DNA of 64,000 bases from Candidatus Pacearchaeota archaeon (lineage in GTDB: Archaea > Nanobdellota > Nanobdellia > UBA10117 > JAFCGA01). The position numbers and the translations under genes were made by a program. This document shows, piece by piece, positions 54,100 through 64,000 of the stretch (position 1 is the first letter of the stretch; each line of letters begins with the position of its first letter). Where the stretch lies: the NCBI GenBank assembly GCA_017608345.1, contig JAFCGA010000004.1:57-64056 (forward strand), in the 5' to 3' direction. The notes beneath the pieces were generated by a model, which was not told the DNA's origin, searched no databases, and saw only the letters and a program-made list of their open reading frames with translations.

Positions 54100-54148
54100 C
54101 CAGAGCGGAACTAGTTCCGCTTGGCCAAGAGAACATTCGTTCTCTCTG
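54100..54148. repeat. Twin CCA...TGG palindromic hairpins, possible terminator or regulatory RNA element
   Basis: CCAGAGCGGAACtagTTCCGCTTGG followed by CCAAGAGAACattcGTTCTCTCTGG. A near-identical architecture occurs at 57981-58027. Confidence 0.6.
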
Positions 54149-54241
54149 GCTTTCCAAAGAAAGAAAACTAGGCGTCCAAAAGAAAGAAAGGATTTTTCTG
54201 ATACGTTAATCATTTAAGTCTAACGATCCATACAACGCAAT

Positions 54242-54589
54242 ATGGGAATCTTTCATCCAGCGAGAATTCTAGAGGTTTACTCTCCGAAAGACGCTAATGT
54301 ACTTAGTGCAGATAGTATTACTCTAGCAACTATTGAGACGTGGGATGGATTCCAATTTACGTTGCCTGCAGAGGCGGAAATTGCTAAAGATATCAAAAAT
54401 GGTGACATTGTACTAATCGATTATACTTCAAAAGCACCGACAGCGCCGATTCCACGCCAGATAATCGTCAAGGTTCTACGCGGAGATAAAGCGAAGAAGA
54501 TTTGGAAACTATATTCTGATTACCACAAAAGAAAGAAATCTGCGCCAAAACACCCGCAACAACAAGCTACTCCGGGATATTTTGGGTAA
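54242..54589 (+). CDS. Hypothetical protein
   Basis: This 115-aa ORF has no recognised motifs. Confidence 0.4.
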   Translation: MGIFHPARILEVYSPKDANVLSADSITLATIETWDGFQFTLPAEAEIAKDIKNGDIVLIDYTSKAPTAPIPRQIIVKVLRGDKAKKIWKLYSDYHKRKKSAPKHPQQQATPGYFG

Positions 54590-54600
54590 TCATAACTAAA

Positions 54601-54675
54601 AGTCTGCTAGAGCAGACCAAAGAAAAACGCACAACGTTTTTCTTGGCCAAGAAAAATCCAAAGGATTTTTCTCTG
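54601..54675. repeat. Three tandem palindromic hairpins downstream of gene 54242..54589
   Basis: GTCTGCtagaGCAGAC, CCAAAGAAAAACGcacaaCGTTTTTCTTGG and CCAAGAAAAATCCaaaGGATTTTTCTCTGG. Confidence 0.6.
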
Positions 54676-54763
54676 GTTTTCGGAATTGTATATCGCACGG
54701 AAGAGACGCTGGAACTTGCGATCCACAACAAAACTTATAAGCAACTCTTGAATTATCTATCAC

Positions 54764-55120
54764 ATGCCGAATAAAAATTCTCTGAAGGAATTAAAATTGA
54801 AAGTAGCTGCTCAAAGAGTATTTTTCATCTCTATGATCTTAGCATTATTACTTGGTGCAGTATTTCCTGGAAACAAAATTGCCACCGCTCTCTTAATTAT
54901 CCTCGGGCTTGTGATCGGAGCGCTAAATATCACTGCCAAAGAAGTTAAGATGTTCTTGCTAGCCGCTGCAGTCTTAGTGCTAACATTTAGTACTTTTTAT
55001 GCTCTACCTCTCGGCGGAGCATTTATCAAAGGAATCTTAGAAAATATTTTATACTTAGTCTCTCCAGCTGCAGCATTGGTTGCATTTGGTGTTTTTTATG
55101 AACTTGCATCGAGCAGATAA
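54764..55120 (+). CDS. Small membrane protein
   Basis: The 118-aa protein has three TM helices. Confidence 0.45.
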   Translation: MPNKNSLKELKLKVAAQRVFFISMILALLLGAVFPGNKIATALLIILGLVIGALNITAKEVKMFLLAAAVLVLTFSTFYALPLGGAFIKGILENILYLVSPAAALVAFGVFYELASSR

Positions 55121-55166
55121 ATGCCCCAAAGCATAGTCTTTTATCTTTTACCAACGAGAGATATTT

Positions 55167-56459
55167 ATGAGTTTCCTAGCTAAGCTAAGGCAAAAACTAA
55201 AAGAAGCTCTAAACTCGGCAGAACCTGCTCCGAGAGAAGAGAAGAAAATAAAGCTATCTGAACTCGGAGAATTTGTTCACTCGAGTATTAAGACTGCGCG
55301 GGATAATGATCAGCAGAGAGCTCTACAGATCTCACAAGAGATTATTTCTAGCTTTAAAGAAATCGGAAATATTTCAGATCTACTTACAAATAAAGAACCA
55401 TATACAAAAGGCAAATTTCCTAGCCAGATTATTAGCTCTGGTCGCTCAAGCAAAGATTTTCTCTGCAGGCAAGTAGACATGATCTCTACGAAGATTACCT
55501 CGCCAGACAAAAAATATGAATCATTAGTCAAATTTAAGAAAACAGCATTCGACGCAATAATTCAGCTAAATCTCGACCCCAAGAAAGCTGAGTTGTTTAT
55601 GTTCTGCTTTGAAAAAGAAGCTGGACTAATAAGAAACAAACTCATTGATATTAAGAAAAACGTAGACCTCCTCGATGGGCTCTTGAACAAAAAGTCTGCT
55701 TTATTTAAATCAAATAAGCTGCAGATCAAACTCAATGAAGCGATTAAGATAGAAGGTGAGCTAAAAGAAGTTAGTAATAATTTAGATAGATTCTCTGATA
55801 AGCTAAATGTATTGGAAGAAAACAAGGAAAAGATTGAACAGAAAATTGGGAAATTAAGTGTAAGTCGTAAAGCAGAAGGATTAACTGCAGAGATTAGTTC
55901 CGCCCAGCAGAATAAAAAAGACTTGCTAAATAAACTATCAAATGAGTTTACGATTCTTAGGAAAGCTCTTAAGAAATATCAGCACGACGAGCCAAAGTCC
56001 ACTCGATCGAGATTAGCTAAATACATCGATGACTTCGCAGAAACATTGCTCGACGATTCTGAAATAAAGATATTTAGCGTAATAAATGAGCTTAGCACTG
56101 CAATAATTGAAAACAATATTTCATTAGATCTAAAATCAAAAGAGAAAGTGCTAGCCCTCATTAAATTGCTAACTAAAGACTATGTTAAGAACTTGCAAAA
56201 ACAATATACTGAAATAGTAGAAAAGCTAGATAAATTAGAACAACAAAAGAAGGATCTGTTAGCTCCAATTAAAACTAAACGAACTGAGCTAGAAAAACAG
56301 TTAAGAGAAACTTATGCTCAAGTTGTAGAACTCGCGCCGAAAATTAAAGCGAGGACAAAGCAAAAAGAAAGTAGAAATAACGAATTATCACAATTAAAAT
56401 CCGATGTTGAGAAGATAGCAAGTGATTTAACGCGAAGAAAAGTAATTTTGCTAAAATAG
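55167..56459 (+). CDS. Coiled-coil protein, unknown function
   Basis: The 430-aa protein is Lys/Glu-rich with heptad-like periodicity throughout. Confidence 0.5.
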   Translation: MSFLAKLRQKLKEALNSAEPAPREEKKIKLSELGEFVHSSIKTARDNDQQRALQISQEIISSFKEIGNISDLLTNKEPYTKGKFPSQIISSGRSSKDFLCRQVDMISTKITSPDKKYESLVKFKKTAFDAIIQLNLDPKKAELFMFCFEKEAGLIRNKLIDIKKNVDLLDGLLNKKSALFKSNKLQIKLNEAIKIEGELKEVSNNLDRFSDKLNVLEENKEKIEQKIGKLSVSRKAEGLTAEISSAQQNKKDLLNKLSNEFTILRKALKKYQHDEPKSTRSRLAKYIDDFAETLLDDSEIKIFSVINELSTAIIENNISLDLKSKEKVLALIKLLTKDYVKNLQKQYTEIVEKLDKLEQQKKDLLAPIKTKRTELEKQLRETYAQVVELAPKIKARTKQKESRNNELSQLKSDVEKIASDLTRRKVILLK

Positions 56460-56502
56460 CTAAATTAGAAACCCTTTTAAGATTATTCTACTTCAAAGTA
56501 GT

Positions 56503-56841
56503 ATGCAAGTAGCTATTTTAACTAAGCTGGAAGACGGTTCGTTTAAACCGCAAAAAGTAGAAATTGAGAGTGAATTATCTGCAAGAACTATGTTGACCTC
56601 TCCTGAGAAATTCTTTGTGTGTACAAAATCGTGTAACGGAACGTATCATCCAGTATTTAGCGAACTTTCGGGTATTTTAGCTGAACATAAAAAGCAGCCG
56701 AATGGACTATCACGAACAATAATTAACAAGCTTGGACTAGATGAAGATCTGCACGGAAAGCGGTTTGTTGTTTTCGCTAACGGAAAAGAAGTGCACTTAC
56801 TCGGCGATGTGGTCACTGCGTCTAAGAAGCTAAGTAAGTGA
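56503..56841 (+). CDS. Hypothetical protein
   Basis: This 112-aa ORF has no recognised motifs. Confidence 0.4.
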   Translation: MQVAILTKLEDGSFKPQKVEIESELSARTMLTSPEKFFVCTKSCNGTYHPVFSELSGILAEHKKQPNGLSRTIINKLGLDEDLHGKRFVVFANGKEVHLLGDVVTASKKLSK

Positions 56842-56888
56842 CTTTGTTCTGAACAATTCTTTTTATACGCTATCCTTCGAATAATTAT

Positions 56889-57953
56889 ATGACTGAAAAG
56901 TATGGCGAAGCTATCTCCATAGCAAAAAGCGAGAGCGAAAAAAAGTTCATCTATGAGCATTATATCTGTGGAGAGCCAGAGGAGATTGTTTCTAAGCTAG
57001 CTGTTGAGCCGGTGCTTCGTTCTGCGATTTTATCTTTAATATCTGCTGGATTTGTTCGAACGGAAGCGGAATTGTTAGAATTCTTTGAGTCTACGTTCTA
57101 CGGCCATCAGTACAAAGATGATTTTGGCTTGATGGTTAAGATCTCCGATGTTGTTAAGTTGCTTGCGCTTTACGAATTTATTCTGGTTGTTGGCAAAAAG
57201 CTAGAGCCGACGCGGTTGGGTAAAAGAGTCTCTGAACTTTATTTAGATCCAAATTCAGCATTTCATATGATTCGGCACTTTAAGAAAGCAACTAGCGGAG
57301 GTGAGGTTTTCTCTTATTTAAATCTGATTTCAAATACTGTTGAGATGCGTCCGTTGCTTAGACTCCGCAAGGGAGATGGGGACTGGATCCAAGAGGAGCT
57401 GGCGGAAAAGGAAGATATTATTTTTGAGAGGATTCCGAAAGAGTGGGAGGTTGAATTTGGAGAATTTATCAATTCTTTCAAGACTGCATTGCTTTTGGAG
57501 GATTGGATAAGCGAAAAATCAGAGGAGTTTATCTTAGATAAATACGACCTCCGACCGGGCGGAGTTCACGTTAAGATTGCTAATGCTAAATGGCTGCTTT
57601 ATTCTGCGTCTGAGCTGGCTAGGCTTTTAGAGCTGCGAGAAGTTCAGAACAAAGTTAGGGAAACGCTAGTTAGAGTTCAGCATGGAATCAGAACTGAATT
57701 ACTTGCTCTGGTTAAATTGCGAGGAATCGGTAGATGGCGAGCTAGGAAGCTGTTTTCTAAAGGATTTAAGACGATCAAAGATCTAAAAGCTGCAGATGTT
57801 TCAGAATTAGCGCAGCTAATTGGTTCTAAGAATGCTATTAATGTTAAAGAACAGCTCGGGCAGAAGGTTAAAAACATTAGAACGGTTAAGAAGATTATTG
57901 AGAAGAAAGAAATGGTTAAAAAGGGACAAGTTGACTTAACTGCGTGGAGTTAA
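56889..57953 (+). CDS. Hel308-type helicase C-terminal domains (WH, ratchet and helix-hairpin-helix) encoded as a stand-alone gene
   Basis: LEPTRLGKRVSELYLDP matches the Sec63/ratchet motif (TELGR..S.LYIDP), and LVKLRGIGRWRARKLFSKGFKTIKDLKAADVSEL is a near-canonical Hel308 domain-5 HhH (GIGRVRARKLYEAGF...). Confidence 0.6.
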   Translation: MTEKYGEAISIAKSESEKKFIYEHYICGEPEEIVSKLAVEPVLRSAILSLISAGFVRTEAELLEFFESTFYGHQYKDDFGLMVKISDVVKLLALYEFILVVGKKLEPTRLGKRVSELYLDPNSAFHMIRHFKKATSGGEVFSYLNLISNTVEMRPLLRLRKGDGDWIQEELAEKEDIIFERIPKEWEVEFGEFINSFKTALLLEDWISEKSEEFILDKYDLRPGGVHVKIANAKWLLYSASELARLLELREVQNKVRETLVRVQHGIRTELLALVKLRGIGRWRARKLFSKGFKTIKDLKAADVSELAQLIGSKNAINVKEQLGQKVKNIRTVKKIIEKKEMVKKGQVDLTAWS

Positions 57954-57954
57954 A

Positions 57955-58027
57955 GCGAATCAAAATTCGCTTTCTCTCAACCAAATCGGAACTAGTTCCG
58001 ATTGGCCACGCGAACAAAGTTCGCTTG
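57955..58027. repeat. Palindromic hairpin cluster, homologous to the 54100-54148 twin hairpins
   Basis: AGCGAATcaaaATTCGCT, CCAAATCGGAACtagTTCCGATTGG and CCACGCGAACaaaGTTCGCTTGG. Confidence 0.6.
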
Positions 58028-58048
58028 GTCACAAGTGATTAAGATAAG

Positions 58049-58942
58049 ATGGAAAAAGAGATTCTAGATAAGTACATCAAAGCAGGCAACATAGTTAAAA
58101 AAGTCAAAGAATATGCTAAAACGCTTGTTAAAGATGGAGCGCTAGCTGTTGATGTTGCTGATAAAGTTGATGCGAAGATTGTAGAGCTAGGCGGAAAGCC
58201 AGCTTTTCCAGCCGACATTTCAATAAACGAGATTGCTGCTCACTATTGCCCAAGATTTAAGGATAAGCTAGTTATCAAAAGCGGAGACTTGGTTAAGGTA
58301 GATTTAGGAGTTCATATTGATGGTTATTTAGTTGACACTGCGATATCCATCTCGGCGGGCAAGAATGCTGGGAATGAAGAATTAATAGCGGCTGCGCATG
58401 CTGCTTTATCTATTGGGATTAAAACTGCTAAGCCAGGCGTGCAAGTAAGAGAGATTGGCAAAGCCATTCAGGAAGAGATTTCTCGGCGCGGCTTTCAAAC
58501 TATTCGCAACTTATCGGGCCACGGCGTAGATCAATGGGTCGTACACACCTCGCCGACAATCCCTAACTTTGACAATGGCGACAAACGCGAGCTAAAAGAA
58601 GGGGACATAATTGCTATCGAGCCTTTTCCGTCAACTGGCGAGGGCATTGTAGTCGAGGGCAAGGATTCTGAAGTCTACGAAGTAGTCAGCGAAGGCAACA
58701 TAAGAACTGGCCGAGATGTTTTGGAATATGTTTTCGAAGAATTTGAAACTCTACCCTTCTGCAAAAGACAATTAATAAATAAGTTCGGCGCTCTGAAGGC
58801 TCCGCTAGCGATTAAGCAGATGCTTTCTTCAGGGATTATTAAAGAATTTAAAGTATTGAGAGAGAAAAATCAAAATAGTAAGGTTGCTCAAGCTGAGCAC
58901 ACTTTAATAATACAAGAAAAAGGAAATAAAATACTAACGTAG
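58049..58942 (+). CDS. map: Methionine aminopeptidase, type 2 (archaeal)
   Basis: The 297-aa protein has the pita-bread fold motifs (DLGVHIDGY, ISGHGV, EPF), and its length is typical of archaeal MetAP2. Confidence 0.85.
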   Translation: MEKEILDKYIKAGNIVKKVKEYAKTLVKDGALAVDVADKVDAKIVELGGKPAFPADISINEIAAHYCPRFKDKLVIKSGDLVKVDLGVHIDGYLVDTAISISAGKNAGNEELIAAAHAALSIGIKTAKPGVQVREIGKAIQEEISRRGFQTIRNLSGHGVDQWVVHTSPTIPNFDNGDKRELKEGDIIAIEPFPSTGEGIVVEGKDSEVYEVVSEGNIRTGRDVLEYVFEEFETLPFCKRQLINKFGALKAPLAIKQMLSSGIIKEFKVLREKNQNSKVAQAEHTLIIQEKGNKILT

Positions 58943-59875
58943 TCTAGGAAACTCAATTCTTTCAAAGTAGCTTAGTATTCTATTTATTATTCCCACAACG
59001 TCATGGCATTTACTATTTGAGCAGAAGTTAGATTTGCATTCATAATTATTATCGCAATCCTTTCTCGTATCTTTTTGACTATGCCAGTCGCTATCTATTC
59101 CGCAATAGGCTTTTTTATCTTCGCGAGTAGCTCTCATTCCTTGTGCTACGCAGTTGCCATCCAGTAAGCAGCCCTTAGCCTCACAAGCTTGTTCCGCTAG
59201 AGGTTCTGGTGCTATATATTTTAAGCAAACTTGAGTAGAATCTCTACCTGCCAGGTATTCCCCTTCTTCCATCTCTAATATTTCATCCAAGCAAATCCGC
59301 AGGTCAAGGACAATATCAGACTCGCCTTCTGCTAGAGGTCTAGTAAATTCAGTTTCTCCTTCAGAACTAACTTCGAATATTGCCGTATCATAATCTATTA
59401 ACGTCGATTCTACCCTCCACTCGATACCGTCAATTGTAAAAGTCCTAGCTTCAGATTCATATCCAACGCATGAATTCTCTGCATACAATCCTTCCCTAAG
59501 ATCACAATCAGTACAATCGCTCCCACTAACGCTTAGAAAAATAGGAAGATCACTAGAAGTTATAGTATCATGTGGCTCACTTACTGCATACATATCTAAA
59601 TTTAATCCTTCAGTTAAGGCCGAGGTGGTTGTAGTAGTTGAGGCATACTCACAACCCGGATCTTCCGCAATCGGTCCAGGAAGATTAGTAAGTACACACG
59701 TTGTCTCAGGATGCGGAGAGCAATATATACTCATCTCGCACGCTTGTTGATCATATGCTAAATCACTACAAAGCTGCGAATATTTAGTAAGATCTGTATC
59801 TGCGCTAACACTAGCAGCACTCAATCCAATCATCAGCGTAATCAAAATTCCTAAAAAAACTAATTTGATTTTCAT
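58934..59875 (-). CDS. Secreted Cys-rich protein, unknown function
   Basis: It has an N-terminal signal peptide (MKIKLVFLGILITLMIGLSAASVSA) and more than 20 Cys. Confidence 0.5.
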   Translation of the reverse strand: MKIKLVFLGILITLMIGLSAASVSADTDLTKYSQLCSDLAYDQQACEMSIYCSPHPETTCVLTNLPGPIAEDPGCEYASTTTTTSALTEGLNLDMYAVSEPHDTITSSDLPIFLSVSGSDCTDCDLREGLYAENSCVGYESEARTFTIDGIEWRVESTLIDYDTAIFEVSSEGETEFTRPLAEGESDIVLDLRICLDEILEMEEGEYLAGRDSTQVCLKYIAPEPLAEQACEAKGCLLDGNCVAQGMRATREDKKAYCGIDSDWHSQKDTRKDCDNNYECKSNFCSNSKCHDVVGIINRILSYFERIEFPRLR

Positions 59876-59929
59876 GTACTACTAACGCAAGCAAAACTTA
59901 AAAGCCTATTTCTAATCTGAGAACTCGAC

Positions 59930-60079
59930 GGCTGCAGTAAGCAGCCTTATTTCCGAGCGTAGCGAGCTATAATCCTGTAGCGAACTGTCCAGTGAGCGTC
60001 TATTTCGAAGCTCCGAAGGAGCTGAGCAAGACGCTTTTCTTTCTTGGACACCTAGTTCTTTCTTTTCGCAAAAGAAAGA
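59930..60079. repeat. Palindromic hairpin cluster
   Basis: GGCTGCagtaaGCAGCC, the nested AGCGTCT...AGCTCCgaaGGAGCT...AGACGCT, and TTCTTTCTTTTcgCAAAAGAAAGAA. Confidence 0.6.
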
Positions 60080-60089
60080 AATGGTTGGA

Positions 60090-62369
60090 TCAACCCATAT
60101 ACTCGGGAACAATAGCTCCGCCACATTTAGCAGCTTTCATCGCTGCCTGATACTTCGCTAGATCTCCATTACAAATAGAAGACTTAACTTCTTTCATAGC
60201 TGCATCAAAGTGCTTTTTCTTAACCTCTTTAGCGCTCATGTTTTCGCGAAGAGCTCTCATTGCTGCTTCTCGGCAAAGTCCTTCAATATCTGCACCTGAA
60301 AAGTTCACGGTTTTATTAGCTAAGTCCATTAATTTAACATCTTTTGTCAGCGGCATCGAATCAGTATGAACCTTAAACACAGCTAGCCGCGCCTTCTGAT
60401 CTGGAGGCATAATTAATACTTGCCGATCAAACCGTCCCGGGCGAAGGAGAGCTGGATCAACTAGCTCTGGCCGATTTGTAGCTGCAATTACAACCACGTC
60501 AGTTAGTTCTTCAAGACCATCCATCTCGGAAAGAATCTGATTAACAACTTTCTCATTAACTTTTGATCCATCCATTCCTCCTCGCGCAGATGCAATCGAA
60601 TCTATCTCATCAAAAAATACTATCGCTGGTGAAACTTGCCTAGCTTTCTCAAAGATCTTTCTAATAGCTTTCTCTGATTCTCCAACCCACTTTGAGAAGA
60701 CTTCGGGACCTTTTACTGAAATAAAATTAGCATTAGATTCTGTAGCTACGGCTCTAGCTAAAAGTGTCTTACCGCATCCAGGGGGACCATATAATAGAAC
60801 TCCTTTTGGTGGTCTGATTCCCAGTCTGCTAAAACTATCTGGGTTTTTCAGCGGCCATTCAACAGCTTCCTTTAATTCTTGCTTGGCTTTTGCTAAACCG
60901 CCGACGGAGTCCCAAGGAACCTTCGGAGCCTCAACTAGCACCTCTCGCATAGCAGAGGGTCTAACGGTTTTCAGACCTTCCTTGAAGTCCCGCTTTCTAA
61001 CTGTCAGTTTCGCTAGGAATTCTTCTGGAATCTTTTCTTCTTCCTTAAATTTGAAACCAGAAATGTTCTTACGTAATACGCTCATTGCAGCTTCCTTGCA
61101 TAGCGCTTCTAGATCTGCTCCGACAAATCCGTGGGTAATCTCAGCTAGCTCTTTCAAATTAACGTCTTTAGCTAAAGGCATATTTCGAGTATGAATCTTA
61201 AGAATATCTAATCTACCTTCCTTGTTAGGTATACCAATCTCTATTTCTCGATCAAATCTTCCACCTCTTCGAAGAGCAGGATCAAGAGCATCTGGTCGAT
61301 TAGTAGCTGCGATAACAATGACTTTTTCTCTGCTCTTTAAACCATCCATTAAAGCTAGCAACTGAGCTACAACTCTGCGCTCAACTTCACCATAGGACTC
61401 CTCTCGCTTAGGTGCTATTGAATCGATCTCGTCTATGAAAATTATCGAGGGTGAATTCTTTTCAGCATCTTCAAAAAGCTGACGGAGTTTCTTTTCAGCT
61501 TCACCATAAAATTTATTCATAATAGCTGGAGCATCTAAGTGGATAAAATGTGCTTGAGTTTCATTAGCCACGGCCTTTGCTAGAAGAGTTTTACCGGTAC
61601 CTGGCGGTCCGAATAATAGAATTCCCTTAGGGGGTTTTATACCTAATCGCTGGAAAATCTCTGGGTGCTTTAGCGGAAGCTCGATTATCTCTCGAACTTT
61701 CTTGACTTCTTCTTCTAAACCACCAATGTCCTCGTAGGCCACTTCTGGAACAACTTCCTCTTTTAATTCTACAGGTTCTGATTTTATGTCTAGCTTTGTG
61801 TCTTCAGTTATTATTACAGCTTCCTTCGGAGTTGTATTTACAACTTGAAATTTTAATCCACCAAAACCAAACGAGCCCATATTTGCTCCAAGATCCCCTT
61901 CTCCAAAAGCCATCCTGAAAATATCATCAAACGAACCCATCGACATAGTCTGTCTACGTCTGCGCGTTCCGCCCAGTGAAATTATATCCCGCTTTGAGAC
62001 TGCGCGACCCAATAGAGAACGTTTAAAGATATCCTTGCCACCGGAAATCATAATTTTCGCACCAATTGGAGCAATAGTTACTTGCTTAGCAGGCCTTATT
62101 TCAGCTTTTCTAACAGATACTTTCTCACCAATAGATGTACTTGCATTACGTCGGGTTAGCGAATCGGCACGTATTATTGCCAAACCCATATCTGCAGGAA
62201 ATGCTCTCCCAGCAATAGCAACCGTCTTTTTTTCACCCTGAATTTCGACGATCTCACCTTGCTGGATACCGATTTTCCGCATAATTTGAGAATCTATTCT
62301 AACAATACCTTTGTTAACATCATCTTGCTGCGCTTCTGCAACTTTTAGTGATAATTCTGGAATTGCCAT
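60090..62369 (-). CDS. cdc48: CDC48/VCP-like AAA+ ATPase (two AAA domains)
   Basis: There are two Walker A motifs (GPPGTGKT and GPPGCGKT), second-region-of-homology motifs, the N-terminal double-psi barrel region, and 759 aa. Confidence 0.9.
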   Translation of the reverse strand: MAIPELSLKVAEAQQDDVNKGIVRIDSQIMRKIGIQQGEIVEIQGEKKTVAIAGRAFPADMGLAIIRADSLTRRNASTSIGEKVSVRKAEIRPAKQVTIAPIGAKIMISGGKDIFKRSLLGRAVSKRDIISLGGTRRRRQTMSMGSFDDIFRMAFGEGDLGANMGSFGFGGLKFQVVNTTPKEAVIITEDTKLDIKSEPVELKEEVVPEVAYEDIGGLEEEVKKVREIIELPLKHPEIFQRLGIKPPKGILLFGPPGTGKTLLAKAVANETQAHFIHLDAPAIMNKFYGEAEKKLRQLFEDAEKNSPSIIFIDEIDSIAPKREESYGEVERRVVAQLLALMDGLKSREKVIVIAATNRPDALDPALRRGGRFDREIEIGIPNKEGRLDILKIHTRNMPLAKDVNLKELAEITHGFVGADLEALCKEAAMSVLRKNISGFKFKEEEKIPEEFLAKLTVRKRDFKEGLKTVRPSAMREVLVEAPKVPWDSVGGLAKAKQELKEAVEWPLKNPDSFSRLGIRPPKGVLLYGPPGCGKTLLARAVATESNANFISVKGPEVFSKWVGESEKAIRKIFEKARQVSPAIVFFDEIDSIASARGGMDGSKVNEKVVNQILSEMDGLEELTDVVVIAATNRPELVDPALLRPGRFDRQVLIMPPDQKARLAVFKVHTDSMPLTKDVKLMDLANKTVNFSGADIEGLCREAAMRALRENMSAKEVKKKHFDAAMKEVKSSICNGDLAKYQAAMKAAKCGGAIVPEYMG

Positions 62370-62554
62370 CTTGGTTTCCTTTCCTAGACTGTATCTAGGA
62401 AACTAAGACACAAGGAAGCTTTGCTTCCGACGTGTGAACTATACAAACTAAGTAATCAAAAGGTTAAAAAGGTTGAGAGTGGAAGCTCTTACTTAACGAT
62501 TATCACTCCTACTGAGCGAAGAAATCCTTTTTAATCTTGCTTTGTTGCGATCTA

Positions 62555-64000
62555 CATGGTGAAAATTCTACACCAAGCAATTGGTCCCAATTGCTTAGTT
62601 CCGGGCTTACCTTACGATTCAGATACTTCAACATTTATTGAATCTAAAATACTCGATGATGTTCCTACGCGTAATGAGATGTATGACTTATTAAAAAAAT
62701 CCCGCGAAGATACTATGACTATCGCATGGACAAAGCATGTTCTTCAAGGATTTAAAATATATGTGCCTTCCACGTTTAAAATGACTACCTATAATATGCC
62801 TGCGAGCCTGACTGAAAACTTATTTAATACAGCTACAGATTGGATACCCGAGAACACGCGCATGCTTTTGCAGATACAGGCAGAAATTGAAACTAAATTT
62901 GCTACTCTAGATGCTGCGGTGATTAATCGGAGAAAGACTCCGGGAAATTTAGGAACAATAACCAATAAAGCACATACTGCGAATAGAATTTATAATATTG
63001 GAAGAATATATAATCATCTTAAGGAACGCGAGACACCACTGCTATTCGGCCTAACTAGAGATATTGCTACATGGGATGCGGCGTTATTGGAAATTAAATT
63101 ACTTGCTATAGAATTCACTAAAGAAGTCCCAACGGGTCCAAGAGAATACAATCATTCGACAACACAGGCAGAATTAACGGATAAAATAATAAGCAGAGAC
63201 TATCCTTATGTAGATTGGCTAGAAAATAAATTAAAAGACAATTTAGTCAGAATATTATTATATGGCTCAGCTGCGAGAACAAATGATCCAAGCCTTTTTG
63301 GTGACTTTGATAATTGGGTTGTAGTAGATGATATCAGTGCAGCGTATGAAGTATTAACTAGAACTGCTCCAGCAGTAAGAATTCTCGGTGACGGTACGCG
63401 GAAAGTAATTGAGGGCTGCTTTGATCCAGATCCAAAAGATAAAAACCTAAAACCTGTCGGGATTCATGTACTATTAAACGATCACGATTATGAAGAACGA
63501 CATATTCGGGCGTTACATGATTCTGAAGAATTTAGAATGCACACAAAGCCACTCCGCGGAGAATTTGTCTTCCCAAAAGTAGCCTTAGATGAATTAACTA
63601 ACAGAGGACTGTGTCAATCGCATATCAAACTTAAAACTGGATCGGGAGGAGCAAGCTGGGCGTATAATTCTCCGGAGAAAATATTAGGGAAAGAACCACT
63701 ATTTGCATTTTTTGCAAAAATTCCACGTTTCGCGCTACAGCACGGTCTTACTGCAATGGAAGGTCCGGGATTTAGAGATAAACAAGAACTAGACCGACGA
63801 CTTGCAGAAAAAGGCATATTTATTCCAAAGTATAAAGCTGATGCAGATTATATTCGACGCTCATTAATAGACTCTACTGTGGCAAGCTTCATAGTACAGA
63901 AAGAGATAATAGAACATGGTATAGAGCCTTCTTTTGATTTCTTAAGCCATCACAGTAAGCTACTTGAAACAGACTTAAACTGGGCAGAATTAGATGTATT
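62555..64000 (+). CDS. Nucleotidyltransferase-domain (Pol-beta superfamily) protein, 3-prime end runs off the window. It is absent from the ORF track
   Basis: The frame has no stop from the ATG at 62555 to the window end (about 482 aa). The motif ILLYGSAARTNDPSLFGDFDNWVVVDD is a GS...D.D minimal NTase signature at about aa 235. Confidence 0.5.

Noticed and set aside
59912-60124. A 70-aa minus-strand ORF between the secreted Cys-rich gene and cdc48
   Set aside because: It lies across the palindromic hairpin cluster and overlaps the cdc48 3-prime end. It is probably non-coding.

Overview
This window is a low-GC archaeal segment, DPANN-like by gene content (FEN-1, aEF-1beta, CDC48, Hel308, class-III-signal pilins). 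The first 24.8 kb is one giant surface-protein gene of more than 8,200 aa, and its reading frame is still open at the 5-prime window edge. It is built from about 1.9-kb tandem units in which near-identical scaffold segments alternate with hypervariable LamG (concanavalin-like) domains. It ends with Ig-like domains and a C-terminal membrane anchor. The gene carries an in-frame 402-aa intein without a homing endonuclease. The central part of that intein encodes, on the opposite strand, a compact three-gene RelE/ParE-type toxin-antitoxin cassette, and this is the most unusual feature. Downstream are a 1.06-kb segment flanked by 17-nt direct repeats carrying an M14/AstE-like zinc hydrolase gene, an Asp/Glu racemase gene with no start codon that is in frame with the upstream gene across a single TGA, then TrpRS, FEN-1, a PHP phosphoesterase and a P-loop kinase. 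A Hel308 helicase is split into two genes about 25 kb apart on opposite strands. A 15.5-kb minus-strand archaeal type-IV-pilus-like locus follows: a FlaI/TadA ATPase, TadB/TadC-like membrane proteins, several class-III-signal pilins including four tandem pilin-Kelch beta-propeller fusions, a pilin-LamG fusion, and a PQQ-propeller anchored protein that shares the giant protein's C-terminal anchor module. Then come housekeeping genes (GT2, TruD, a SAM methyltransferase, a Zn-ribbon protein, aEF-1beta, MetAP2, CDC48), with clusters of perfect palindromic hairpins in the intergenic regions between them, and a 3-prime-open nucleotidyltransferase-domain ORF that the ORF track omits. I found no rRNA, tRNA or CRISPR.
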